NCBI GenBank assembly: GCA_024743275.1
Contig: JANSWW010000010.1
Span: 145,728 to 209,727 of the forward strand
DNA: 64,000 bases
Direction: 5' to 3'
DNA from: Alphaproteobacteria bacterium
GTDB taxonomy: Bacteria; Pseudomonadota; Alphaproteobacteria; JANSWW01
Both the position numbers and the translations under genes were made by a program. The notes below the pieces were generated by a model that worked only from the letters and a program-made list of their open reading frames with translations, had not been told where the DNA came from and did no database searches. Positions 34,834 through 44,700 of the stretch are shown here, in pieces; within the stretch, counting starts at the first letter, position 1; the number at the start of each line of letters is the position of its first letter.

Positions 34834-37800
34834 TCAGTACAGTATCTTTCTAACTTTGGACATCATACCTGACCAGTCCCCCATTCGGGACTGTCGGATC
34901 AGGGTCATATTGGGATACCACGGGGTGTCGACGCGATCCGTGAACCACCGCCAGTCGACCGCCGGCTGGATCATATTGACGACCTTTTGGCCCAGGGCCC
35001 CCGCCAAATGCGCCGTTACATTGCTGACGGTCACCACCTGATCGACAGCGCAACACAAGGCGGCCAGTCCATCGATGTCCATGGTTGGATCCAAATCGTC
35101 GAAGACCATGGGCCGGTGCCCGGTCTCGGCCTCGAAACGATCCAGGTCCGCTTGCGCCTCGCCATACTGAAACGAGACCAGGACGACGTCTTTCGCGGCG
35201 AGAAGGGGGGCGAATTCAAGGATATCCAAAGACTTGCCAGGTCCTTGTTTCAGATTCCCACTGCGCCAGGAAATCCCGACAAACCGCTTCCCGGCACCGT
35301 GGGCCTCCTCGAGCCTGCGCCTGTAACCGTCGACCTTTTCGCGGTCCGGCACAAGAAAGGCGCGCCTTGGAAAATCGCTCTCCGCCCGCCGGAACATGGC
35401 GAGCAAGCTCCCCATCGGCATTTCAACATCAGCCTCGCCGATATCCCTGGACGGACCGTTCGGATCGGACAAGGGCACAACGGTCGCCGAGGGGAAGGAG
35501 CGGTCAAACAAGGGGACCAGCCGGACATCGCAATCGATCACCGCCCTCTCGGCGACCTTCAACGCATCGGGCAGGCAGGAGGCGTACATGATGTGATCGC
35601 CCACCCCCTGCTCCGACCAGAAATAGACCGATCTTCCCTCCTCGCCGTGCCAACGCGGCAACCCGGCTCCGCGGTTGCCGATCCTCTGCTGCGGCGCGGT
35701 CAGACGGTGGTCGAAATAACGCCAGCCCTCTTCCAGCTTGCCGGCGGCGAGGAGACAGATGGCGAGGTTATGGGCCGCGTCCCGATCCTCGGGCCGCAAC
35801 GCCAAGACACGCCGGATCAGCGCTTCGGCGGCCGCATGGTGACCGCCATACCGCAAGAACGTGGACAGGTTCAGAAGGATCTCGGCCGTCGCGGGCGCCT
35901 GCCTAACCAGCGTGATCGCCCGCGCGAAGGCTTCGTAGGAACCTGGATGGCGCGGCGCATTGGTGATGACGGTGCCGCGAACGGCCGTATCGCCTGGGAT
36001 TAAGGCCGACGCCATGGCAAGCCCTAGGTTCCATCGTTTCTCGGGAATCAAGACGCGAAGCGACTCACCCAAATTCTGAAAAACCTGTCCATCGCCGGCC
36101 GCGACACCCAGACGCATTACATGGTGCGCCTGTTGGGCCGCCGTCATAAACGCGCCACGCGCCAGACTAAGGGCCAGGCCCCATTTCCGCGGCAAGGGGT
36201 CGCCCGGTGCCAGAGCCGTCGCCAACCTGTAACACGCCGCGGCACGCCGGAGCGGCGCTTCCCCCCGGAAACCTGCGCTGCGCGCCATGCGCTCAAGAGC
36301 GCCGCCGACCTGGCACACCGCTCGGGGGTTTCCGGGCTCGATGGCGGCACCGAACGCGGCCCGGCTCACGGCCAGAACGGGCGATGCGCCGACAAGGGGA
36401 GCGGCCGCCTCCTCAAGAGTTCGCAACGCATTGGCGGGGGTGAATTCGGGAACCAGACCGACATCCCGGGTTAAGGCGTCGGCAACGGCGGCTTCCTGCG
36501 GGCGGCGTGTGCCGGGCAGGGCACCGGAAGCCCGCACCGCCATGGCGACCGACTGAGCATTTCCGGCGACGGCGACGACCAGCCGATACAACGGTTTGCG
36601 GGCCGTGGCCTCGCGCCCCGCAAGGCGCTCCACCTGGGCAACCAGCCGCTTCGCGACCCCCAACAGGCCGCTCCGATACGCCATCCCGACAAGCTCGCTC
36701 CAATTCTGCTCCAAGGCGGGGTCGAGCGCCGTGCCGAGTTCGAAGAGCCGCCGGCCGGCTCCGGGATAACTGCGGTCGGCAAAACGGGCGCAATTGTAAA
36801 GTAGCCGGGAATGGTTGGGCGCTGCCCGGACCGCCACCGACGCCCAGATATGCGCGTGTCCGAATTTCTTCAGGCCTTCATAGGCGACGGCGAGGTTGGC
36901 GTAGGCGAAGGGATCAAATCGCGAGGCCTCGACGACCTCGAATAACCGGTCGACGGCCTCCTCGGTGCGGCCTTCCGCAAGCGCCGCCAGTCCTCGATCG
37001 CGCAACCGGTCCCGCTCCTCCGGCGCTCGGAAGAGCGGTTGGCGCCCCGCCATTGAGTCGGCCGCGGCACGCGCCGCACGCCGGAACGCGCCCGACCAGT
37101 CCCCCGGGACCGCCTGGCGGACGACGGTGACGGAGGAATACCAGGGACAACTGGTGCCGGTGAGCTGCCATCGCCAGTCGGGAACGCTGTGCAATACCAA
37201 GGTGGTCGGCACCCCGAGCGAACCAGCCACATGGACCGTGGTGTTGGATGTCGTCACCACATGGTCGAGCGCCGCGATCTGTCCTGCGAAGTCCTTGATG
37301 GATTGGAACTGGTTGATCCTGGGGTCGTTGAAGATCCGATGCCCGGTACGGGTCTCGAACCGCTCCAGATCAAGCTTCACGTCGCCGTATTGCAGATTGA
37401 TCAGCTGAACGTCGGGCAGGGCCGCGACCGCTTCCAGCCCGTCGATGGGCGCGGTCTTGAACGCGCCGGTCACCAGCCCCTTGCTGCGCCAGGAAACGCC
37501 GACCAGCCGCTTGCCCGGAAAGAGTTTTCGGTATTCCCGGCCCAACTGCTCCGGCAATTTCTGGGGCGCGACGATCAAGGATGGTCTCGGACGCACGTCG
37601 CCGACCAGCGTAAGCCCGAAAATGAAGATCAGATCGGCAAGGGCGATATCGCACACGATATCCGACTTCAACAGCCTCGGATTGCGGGGCTTGGAGCGCG
37701 CGACGATTTCGAGCTGCGGGAAGCGATGGCGCAGAAAGGGCACCAACCGTTCCGAGATCTCGATGATCGGGTCCGGACAGATGTCGAGGACCTCGGGCAA

Positions 37801-38802
37801 CAGGCTTGCGAACATCAACTCGTCGCCGACCCCTTGTTCGCCCCAAATCAGCAACCGCCCGCCGGTAACAGGTTCGCCCTGCCACCGGGGGAGCCCAAGG
37901 TCCTGATGCCCCAGATCGACGACCCCGGTCACGCCGCGTTTGGAGTAACCGGCCCTCCCGTCCTCCAACCGCCCCAGCGTCAACTGCATGATCCCCCAAT
38001 TGTTCTCATTGGCGGCGATGGGATTGAGCTTGTAGGAACGGCGGTAACAGATTGAGGCCGCGATGAATTCTCCGCGCTCCTTGTACCAGTTACCGACATT
38101 GGTCCAAGCGTTCCCGAAGCCCGGATCGATGGCGATCAGCGCCTTGTAGAAATACATCGAGGGTTCGAGATATCCCGCCCGCTGATAGGCATTGGCCGTA
38201 TTCACCCAACAGGAGGTGTTCGACGGGGCCATGGCAATGGCGCGGAGGAGCAAACCGACCTTGTCGACGGAGCCGCCGTAATTGGTCAACGTTGTCCCGA
38301 GATTGTAATGCGACCGATAATCTTGAGGGGCGAGAGCCACCAGACTTTTGTATAGGGATAACTTGAGATCTTCGCTGAGCTCGCCGACGAGATTACCGAG
38401 GTTCATCCGCGCGCCTTCCCGCCGGGGCGCAAGCGCAAGCGATTTGCAGTAGGCCGGAAGACCGCGTCGGTCGCCAATCACGGCCAAGACATTGGCGATG
38501 TCGGCGTAGATACCCCCATTGGCCGGCCGCAACGCGCAGTCGAGCAGCAGACACCGCAACGCGGGTTTTTGGGCGCCTAGAGTATTCAAGACCAATGCGG
38601 CCTCGAAAAGTGCAAGATGGTTTCCCGGCAAACGGGCAAGGGCCGCCGCGTGGAGCCGAAGTCCGAGGGTGAGCGCGTCCGAATACGACGCGCACAACGC
38701 CGCCAGGAAGGTCGGACCGAAGGCCCCGGGATGTTCCGCGCAATAGCGCCACGCAAGTCGGGTGAGCTGCGGGCCACGACCCGTCCGGATGAGCCGTTGC
38801 AC
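34834..38802 (-). CDS. Large TPR-repeat protein carrying two TPR plus GT9-like (heptosyltransferase-fold) glycosyltransferase modules in tandem.
   Basis: Two copies of the catalytic-module signatures are present. Copy 1: LPRWQGEP..LLIWGEQGVGDELMF with SNTTVHVAGSLGVP...DWRW. Copy 2: LPRWHGEE..YFWSEQGVGDHIMY with SNVTAHLAGALG...DWRW. Each module is preceded by TPR-like helical repeats. The GTG start is uncertain. Confidence 0.8.
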   Translation of the reverse strand: MQRLIRTGRGPQLTRLAWRYCAEHPGAFGPTFLAALCASYSDALTLGLRLHAAALARLPGNHLALFEAALVLNTLGAQKPALRCLLLDCALRPANGGIYADIANVLAVIGDRRGLPAYCKSLALAPRREGARMNLGNLVGELSEDLKLSLYKSLVALAPQDYRSHYNLGTTLTNYGGSVDKVGLLLRAIAMAPSNTSCWVNTANAYQRAGYLEPSMYFYKALIAIDPGFGNAWTNVGNWYKERGEFIAASICYRRSYKLNPIAANENNWGIMQLTLGRLEDGRAGYSKRGVTGVVDLGHQDLGLPRWQGEPVTGGRLLIWGEQGVGDELMFASLLPEVLDICPDPIIEISERLVPFLRHRFPQLEIVARSKPRNPRLLKSDIVCDIALADLIFIFGLTLVGDVRPRPSLIVAPQKLPEQLGREYRKLFPGKRLVGVSWRSKGLVTGAFKTAPIDGLEAVAALPDVQLINLQYGDVKLDLERFETRTGHRIFNDPRINQFQSIKDFAGQIAALDHVVTTSNTTVHVAGSLGVPTTLVLHSVPDWRWQLTGTSCPWYSSVTVVRQAVPGDWSGAFRRAARAAADSMAGRQPLFRAPEERDRLRDRGLAALAEGRTEEAVDRLFEVVEASRFDPFAYANLAVAYEGLKKFGHAHIWASVAVRAAPNHSRLLYNCARFADRSYPGAGRRLFELGTALDPALEQNWSELVGMAYRSGLLGVAKRLVAQVERLAGREATARKPLYRLVVAVAGNAQSVAMAVRASGALPGTRRPQEAAVADALTRDVGLVPEFTPANALRTLEEAAAPLVGASPVLAVSRAAFGAAIEPGNPRAVCQVGGALERMARSAGFRGEAPLRRAAACYRLATALAPGDPLPRKWGLALSLARGAFMTAAQQAHHVMRLGVAAGDGQVFQNLGESLRVLIPEKRWNLGLAMASALIPGDTAVRGTVITNAPRHPGSYEAFARAITLVRQAPATAEILLNLSTFLRYGGHHAAAEALIRRVLALRPEDRDAAHNLAICLLAAGKLEEGWRYFDHRLTAPQQRIGNRGAGLPRWHGEEGRSVYFWSEQGVGDHIMYASCLPDALKVAERAVIDCDVRLVPLFDRSFPSATVVPLSDPNGPSRDIGEADVEMPMGSLLAMFRRAESDFPRRAFLVPDREKVDGYRRRLEEAHGAGKRFVGISWRSGNLKQGPGKSLDILEFAPLLAAKDVVLVSFQYGEAQADLDRFEAETGHRPMVFDDLDPTMDIDGLAALCCAVDQVVTVSNVTAHLAGALGQKVVNMIQPAVDWRWFTDRVDTPWYPNMTLIRQSRMGDWSGMMSKVRKILY

Positions 38803-38879
38803 GACCGGTTTGCTGATTTCGCCTTGTATGGAGACCTCCGTCGGCGCACGCGCGGATGTTTGCGTTTACCGGCCCCGTA

Positions 38880-41708
38880 CTACTCGGCGGTGATCAAATC
38901 CGCAAGGTCGCTTTCCTCGACACCCTCCTCCATAACCACGCCCTGTTCCTTCAGATCGTGATCATAGTTCGGATGGCGCAGGACGCTAAGATCGCCGGCC
39001 ACCAGCTTGCCCAGTTCGCCGCCCACCGTCTCGACGACGTCCGTCCAGGTCCTCGGATTGCTTTTTCGGAAAATCCGCATGCCGGGATACCAAAGGGCGT
39101 CGTCGCGGCCGACCGTCCACCGCCAATCCGAGACGAACGGAATCATCGTCCAACAGGGCACACCCAGCCCGCCGGCGGTATGCACCCCGGCATTGGTCGC
39201 CGAAATGATCAGATCGCAGGCGGCGATTTGGGCGGCGCTGGCGTCGAGATCGGTCATCGGATCGATTTCCGGATCGTAGATGATGTCGATGCCGTGCTGC
39301 TTGTTGGCGTCCTGGATCACCGGCTCGACCGGTCCGTATTGGATGGAGACGAATTGGATATCGTCGCCATGGCGGAAGATCGGCTCCCAATACCGGAGCG
39401 GAACAGACCGAAGCTCCTGGCGCTTCGCGAGCTTGCCGCCGTTCCAACCGATTCCGACGATCCACTTCTTCTTCGGGTTTCGATAGCGTTCGCGAAGTTG
39501 CGCGACCCGGTCGGGGTCGGCGGTGAGGAAAGACTTCTTCTGATTCGAGAAATCCTTCACCTTGCGTCTGAGAAACCGCGCGATACTGGCGCAGGGCAAC
39601 TGAAGGTCAGCAGACTGCATGACTTGGGGCGGCACCTTACGCATGCAATGAACTTCCGCATCGGGGAAGCTTCTTTCGATCAAGGGTAACATGCGGTACT
39701 CGGCTTCGATGAAGACATGCTTGGCTCGGCCGATGATCTCATGCGCCATGCTGAAAAACATGAGATGGTCGCCGACCCCCTGTTCCGGCCACAGAACAAC
39801 CGACTTGTCGGACAGATCCTCCTCACCGTCCCACCACGGCATCGTGAACGGACGTTTTTCGCCGCGCGCCATCCGGAGGACCTCGAAGCCCATTTCGTAA
39901 AGATCAAACCCTTCGCCGAATTCGCCGATGCCCAGGTGGAACAGCGCACAGTTGAACGCCCGTCTCTTGGTGTATTTCAGGTCCTTTGCCCGGCGGAAAA
40001 ACGCCAATGCAAGGGCTTGATATTGCTGTCCCTTCAATGCCGCACCGATGAAGTCCAGCAGACTCGCGCTCGTCGGCGCCTTACGATAGGCGTGCTCGAA
40101 ACAATGGAGCGCGTCGGCAATGTTCCCCATGCCGAGGTTGACTTCGCCGCGGGCGACCAGGGCCATTGGCGCGTCCGGTTGCAGTTCGACAAGACGGCTG
40201 GTAACCGCATCGGCCTCTTCCCATTCGGCGAACTCAATGAGGACCTTGGCGAGGGATTGAACCGCGAAGGCGCTATCCGGGTCCTCCTCCACCGCCCTGC
40301 GATACCATTTAATGGCTTCCTTTTTATTGGCCTGTTCGGCATAGGCCTTCCCGATGCGGACGATGAGATCCTTGTTGTCCGGCTTTAGGTCGTAGGCGAT
40401 TTCGTAATGCTTGATCGCCTCGTCCTGACGCTCCGACTGGACATACACGGTCGCCAACCGGGAATGGGCCAAGTAGTAGGTCGGGTCCGCCTCGATCGCT
40501 TCCAACAGAAGCGGCTCGGCCTCTTTGATTCGTTCCTGTTGAATAAGCAACGCGGCCCTTTGCGCCAAGACCGCGACGCCGCGCGATTCGGAAGGGACCC
40601 TTTCCATCAATTCCTGTGCCCGATCCGCCTCGCCGAGGCGAGATGCGACATCACTGGCCAGGATGAAGGTCCTGGGACTTTCCGGCTCGATTAAAACGAG
40701 GCGGTCCGCGATGGCACCGGCGGACTCGTTCCGTCCCCGCATCGTAAAATAAACACCGAGATTATAGGTATAGGTGCCATGGCCTGGATTGAGGGCTGTC
40801 GAGATCGACATACAGTTCTCAGACAGCGCCTTGAGGTCCCCGCCGGCCAAAAACTGTCCCAAGACATCCCACGACCCTTCGGCGTTCGGGCGGTATTGCA
40901 GAAACCGGAACATATCCTGGGCGCCGTCCAAATAAAGGCCCAGCTTCATTTTCGAGATCGCACGCACTTCGGCGACGGTTTCGGCCGGTAGGGTCCGTTC
41001 CTTTTCCGCGGTGTCGACCAAGGCCAGGGCGGTCTCGTAGTCCTTGAGCTGCATATGAAGATCGACTTTTCGTCGGACGGCGCCCTGGCTCCACGGGTGA
41101 CAGGTATAATAATGGTCGGTCAGCCCCCTAACCGTATCGATGTCCCGCTTCGCCTTGGCGATTTCGATGAGGACCTCAAGATTGCCGGGAAGGAAGTCCT
41201 TCCGCGCATGTGCCTTTCTTGCGGTCGCTTCCGCCTTGTCGATCTGACCTGTCTGGAATTGGATCGCCGCTAGGTTGGCGAGCGCTTCGGCGTTGGAGTT
41301 GAGCTTCGCGAGATGGGTTTCGGCATAATCTAAACCGGTTTTAGGATCCTGCTGGAAGAGTGCGACCGCGAGCAGAACCGATCCGTCCTCGTAATCCGGA
41401 TGCTCCGTGAGGACCTTCCGGAGCATTTCGATCGCCGTCGTAACGTCGCCTTTCCTAAGACGCTCCATGGCGCGTTCCCGAATGATCTCCGGATGGGCGC
41501 TATCGAGCCTCGCCCCGAATTCGCAGAATTCTCGCGCTTTGGAAAGCGCTCCGATGGCGCTCAGGACCCGGGCGGAACGTGCCGCCCGTTCGGCGGTTAG
41601 AGCGTCGATGTCGGCGGGATTGACGCCGTTGAACATGTTGAGGGCGGCTCGCCAATTCCCCTTTTCGAATTGGGCATAGGCGTCATCGATAACGGAACCC
41701 GGAACCAC
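38880..41708 (-). CDS. TPR-repeat protein with one C-terminal GT9-like glycosyltransferase module.
   Basis: About 560 aa of TPR repeats are followed by MPWWDGEE..VVLWPEQGVGDHLMF and ATNAGVHTAGGLGVP...DWRW. The GTG start is uncertain. Confidence 0.8.
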   Translation of the reverse strand: MVPGSVIDDAYAQFEKGNWRAALNMFNGVNPADIDALTAERAARSARVLSAIGALSKAREFCEFGARLDSAHPEIIRERAMERLRKGDVTTAIEMLRKVLTEHPDYEDGSVLLAVALFQQDPKTGLDYAETHLAKLNSNAEALANLAAIQFQTGQIDKAEATARKAHARKDFLPGNLEVLIEIAKAKRDIDTVRGLTDHYYTCHPWSQGAVRRKVDLHMQLKDYETALALVDTAEKERTLPAETVAEVRAISKMKLGLYLDGAQDMFRFLQYRPNAEGSWDVLGQFLAGGDLKALSENCMSISTALNPGHGTYTYNLGVYFTMRGRNESAGAIADRLVLIEPESPRTFILASDVASRLGEADRAQELMERVPSESRGVAVLAQRAALLIQQERIKEAEPLLLEAIEADPTYYLAHSRLATVYVQSERQDEAIKHYEIAYDLKPDNKDLIVRIGKAYAEQANKKEAIKWYRRAVEEDPDSAFAVQSLAKVLIEFAEWEEADAVTSRLVELQPDAPMALVARGEVNLGMGNIADALHCFEHAYRKAPTSASLLDFIGAALKGQQYQALALAFFRRAKDLKYTKRRAFNCALFHLGIGEFGEGFDLYEMGFEVLRMARGEKRPFTMPWWDGEEDLSDKSVVLWPEQGVGDHLMFFSMAHEIIGRAKHVFIEAEYRMLPLIERSFPDAEVHCMRKVPPQVMQSADLQLPCASIARFLRRKVKDFSNQKKSFLTADPDRVAQLRERYRNPKKKWIVGIGWNGGKLAKRQELRSVPLRYWEPIFRHGDDIQFVSIQYGPVEPVIQDANKQHGIDIIYDPEIDPMTDLDASAAQIAACDLIISATNAGVHTAGGLGVPCWTMIPFVSDWRWTVGRDDALWYPGMRIFRKSNPRTWTDVVETVGGELGKLVAGDLSVLRHPNYDHDLKEQGVVMEEGVEESDLADLITAE

Positions 41709-41738
41709 AGGGCGACTCCCTTACTTCGGAACGATCCA

Positions 41739-41774
41739 CAAAAAATTGGGGAGGGATGCAAGGCATCCCTCCCC
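41739..41774 (-). terminator. Rho-independent terminator downstream of the giant RTX gene.
   Basis: 12-bp stem GGGGAGGGATGC / GCATCCCTCCCC (41748-41759 and 41763-41774) with a 3-nt loop. On the minus strand it is followed by AATTTTTT. Confidence 0.8.
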
Positions 41775-41798
41775 GTAAAAGTTCTTATGGTGCTGTCG

Positions 41799-44700
41799 TT
41801 AGCTGAGGGTGAAGAAGCCGTTACCGTTATTGGTAACCGTTCCGTCGAAGCCACTCAACTGGACGACATAGGTGTTGCTGATACCGCCGCCGAGAACCAG
41901 AAGGTCGTTGGCGCTATCGAAGATGAAGATACCACCCGCCGTGGCGTTCGCCGTCTGGGTCAAGCCAGCCGAGAAGGCCGACGCGACGTTCGTCTGAGCG
42001 ACTTCGGCCGAAGCCGCGCCACTGAAGGCGGTGACCACACCGGCCACACCGGAGAAGTCAAGGACATCGCCGGCGGTCGCCCCGGAGATCACCTGAGCAC
42101 TCAGCGCCGTGAAGGCGGAGAGGACGCTCTGCAGCGAGCCACCGGAGGTAACGGCGATGGCGGTGCTGCCCGACAGACCGACCCGATACTGGACGTCCGA
42201 CCGGTTGAAGCCCGTGAACCCAGATACGCTGATCTGGAGATCCTGAGCCTGCACCAGGCCGTTACCGTCGACATCGATCGCCACCCGGTTGCTGCCCGTG
42301 AGGAACAGCATTTCACCCTGCGCCCCGGACAGGAGCGAGATACCGTTGGCGGCGTCCGTGGCATCACCGACATCCGTCAGGTTGAAGTTGACGCCGGCGA
42401 CATCCGGGAGGGTGATGATCAACTCGTCGGCGCTGGCCGAGAAGTCGGTGATCACGTCCGTGTTGGTGCCGTTGGACGGGCTGGCCGTGGTGTTCCCCGT
42501 GAAGGAGAAGCTGTCGTTGCCGTCACCACCGGTCAGGGTATCCGCACCGGCTTCACCGACGAGGCTGTCGGTACCGGACCCGCCGAGGATGCTGTCCGAG
42601 TTGGAACCGCCGAGCAAGGTGTCGTTGCCGAGACCACCGATCAGGGTTTCAACACCGGCACCACCGACGAGGCTATCGGCCCCGGCACCGCCGGTGACGA
42701 GAACGGTGGTTGCCGTCGTCGCTTCGTTGGAGCCCGTGAAGGTGAAGGCCGCCGACTGAGCGCTGGCGTCGACAGTGAGGGAGGCCCCGCTGACCACGTT
42801 CGCATCGTTGGTCACCAGGGTAAGGGCGCCGCCAGAACCGGTGATCACGATGTTCTCGATGGCCACCACGCTGGCACCCAGCGTCAGCGTACCGGTGCTG
42901 AAGCTGGAGGTGTTGAAGACCAGCGTATCGGTGCCGCCATTCCCGTCGACATCGTCGGTCGTGGAGAACACGGCCGTGTAGCCCGTCAACGTGCCGCCGA
43001 CATTCGCGAAGGTGAAGGTGTCGTTGCCGGCACCACCATCGAGGCTGTCCGCGGTAAGGTTACCCGTCGTGATGTTGAGCGAGTTGGCCGTGGAGAGGTC
43101 CACCCCATTCACAACCAGCCCACCCGACGTGGCACCCGACACATCGCCGCGATCCTCGATATCGGCGATCGTCAAGGACGTCACACCGAGGGTCGTCATC
43201 ATCCCGTCCGTGACCGTGATCTGCGACGCGGAGGCCTGGCCGAACTGCAGGGTTTCAATCCCGCTGATCGTCCCGAGCATGCCGGCCGAGATCGAGAAGT
43301 TGGACGCGGAAGCACCAGAGAACCGAAGGACGTCGCCCGCCGTGGCGCTGTTCGCCCCACCGACGATGGTTGTCGCCGTGGTGAGAGCCGCCGCGGTCAC
43401 GACCTGGAAGATGTCGTCACCGTCGCCACCAATCAGGCTATCGGCCGAATTGACGTTGAACAGGTCGTTTCCGGCTCCGCCGATCAAGGTGTCGGCACTC
43501 GCACCACCCGTGAAGGTGTCGTCACCGGACCCGCCGACGACGCTGTAGATGCCGTTCGCGGTTTCAGCCGCACCGTTGAAGGTGAAGGCGGCGGACTGAG
43601 TAGACGCGTCGACCGAAACGGTCGCGCCCGTGGCGGCGTTCGCGTCGTTGGTAACGAGGGTCATCGCACCACCGGAACCGGTGATCACAATGTTCTCGAT
43701 GGCAACCACGCTAGCACCCAACGTCAGCGTACCGGTGCTGAAGCTGGTGGTGTTGAAGATCAGCGTGTCGGTGCCGCCATTGCCGTCGACGTCGTCGTTG
43801 GTCGAGAACACGGCCGTGTAGCCGGTCAACGTTCCGCCGACATTGGCGAAGGTGAAGGTGTCGTTACCGGCACCACCGTCCAGGCTATCCGCGGTCAGGT
43901 TCCCGGTGGTCACGTTGACAGCATTGGCCGTCGTCAAGGCGGACGCCGCAACCGTCAAGCCGCCCGAGGTGGCGGTCGACAAATCACCACGATCTTCGGT
44001 GTCGTTGATCGTCAGGGTAGTAAGGCCAAGGGTGGTCATCATGGTGTCGGTGACCGTGATCGACGCCGCGGACCCTTGACCAAACTGAAGCGTCTCGATG
44101 CCGCTGACCGAACCGAGCATCCCAGCCGTGATCGCGAAGTTGGACGCTGAGGCACCGGAGAACAGCAGGACGTCACCCGCCGTGGAGCTGTTCGCCCCAC
44201 CGACGATCGTGGTCGCGGTCGTAAGAGCGACGCCGGTCACGACCTGGAAGACGTCGTCGCCGTCGCCACCAACAAGGCTGTCGGCGGAATTGACGTTGAA
44301 CAGATCGTTTCCGGCCCCACCGATCAAGGTATCCGCACTGGAACCACCCGTGAAGGTGTCGTTCCCGGAACCGCCGGTCACGCTGTAGACACCCAGAGCG
44401 GTTTCAGCGGCACCGTTGAAGGTGAAGGCGGTTGCCAGGTTGGAGGCGTCGACGTTCAAGACACCGCCGGTGGTGGCGATATTGGCATTGTTGGTGACCA
44501 GGGTCATCGACCCGCCGGTGCCGGTGATTACGATATTCTCAATGGCGACCACGCTGGCCCCCAGCGTCAGCGTACCGGTGCTGAAGCTGTTGGTGTTGAA
44601 GATCAGCGTATCGGTACCGCCGTTACCGTCGACATCGTCGTCGGTTGAGAACACGCCCGTATAACCGGTCAACGTGCCGCCAACATTCGCGAAGGTGAAG

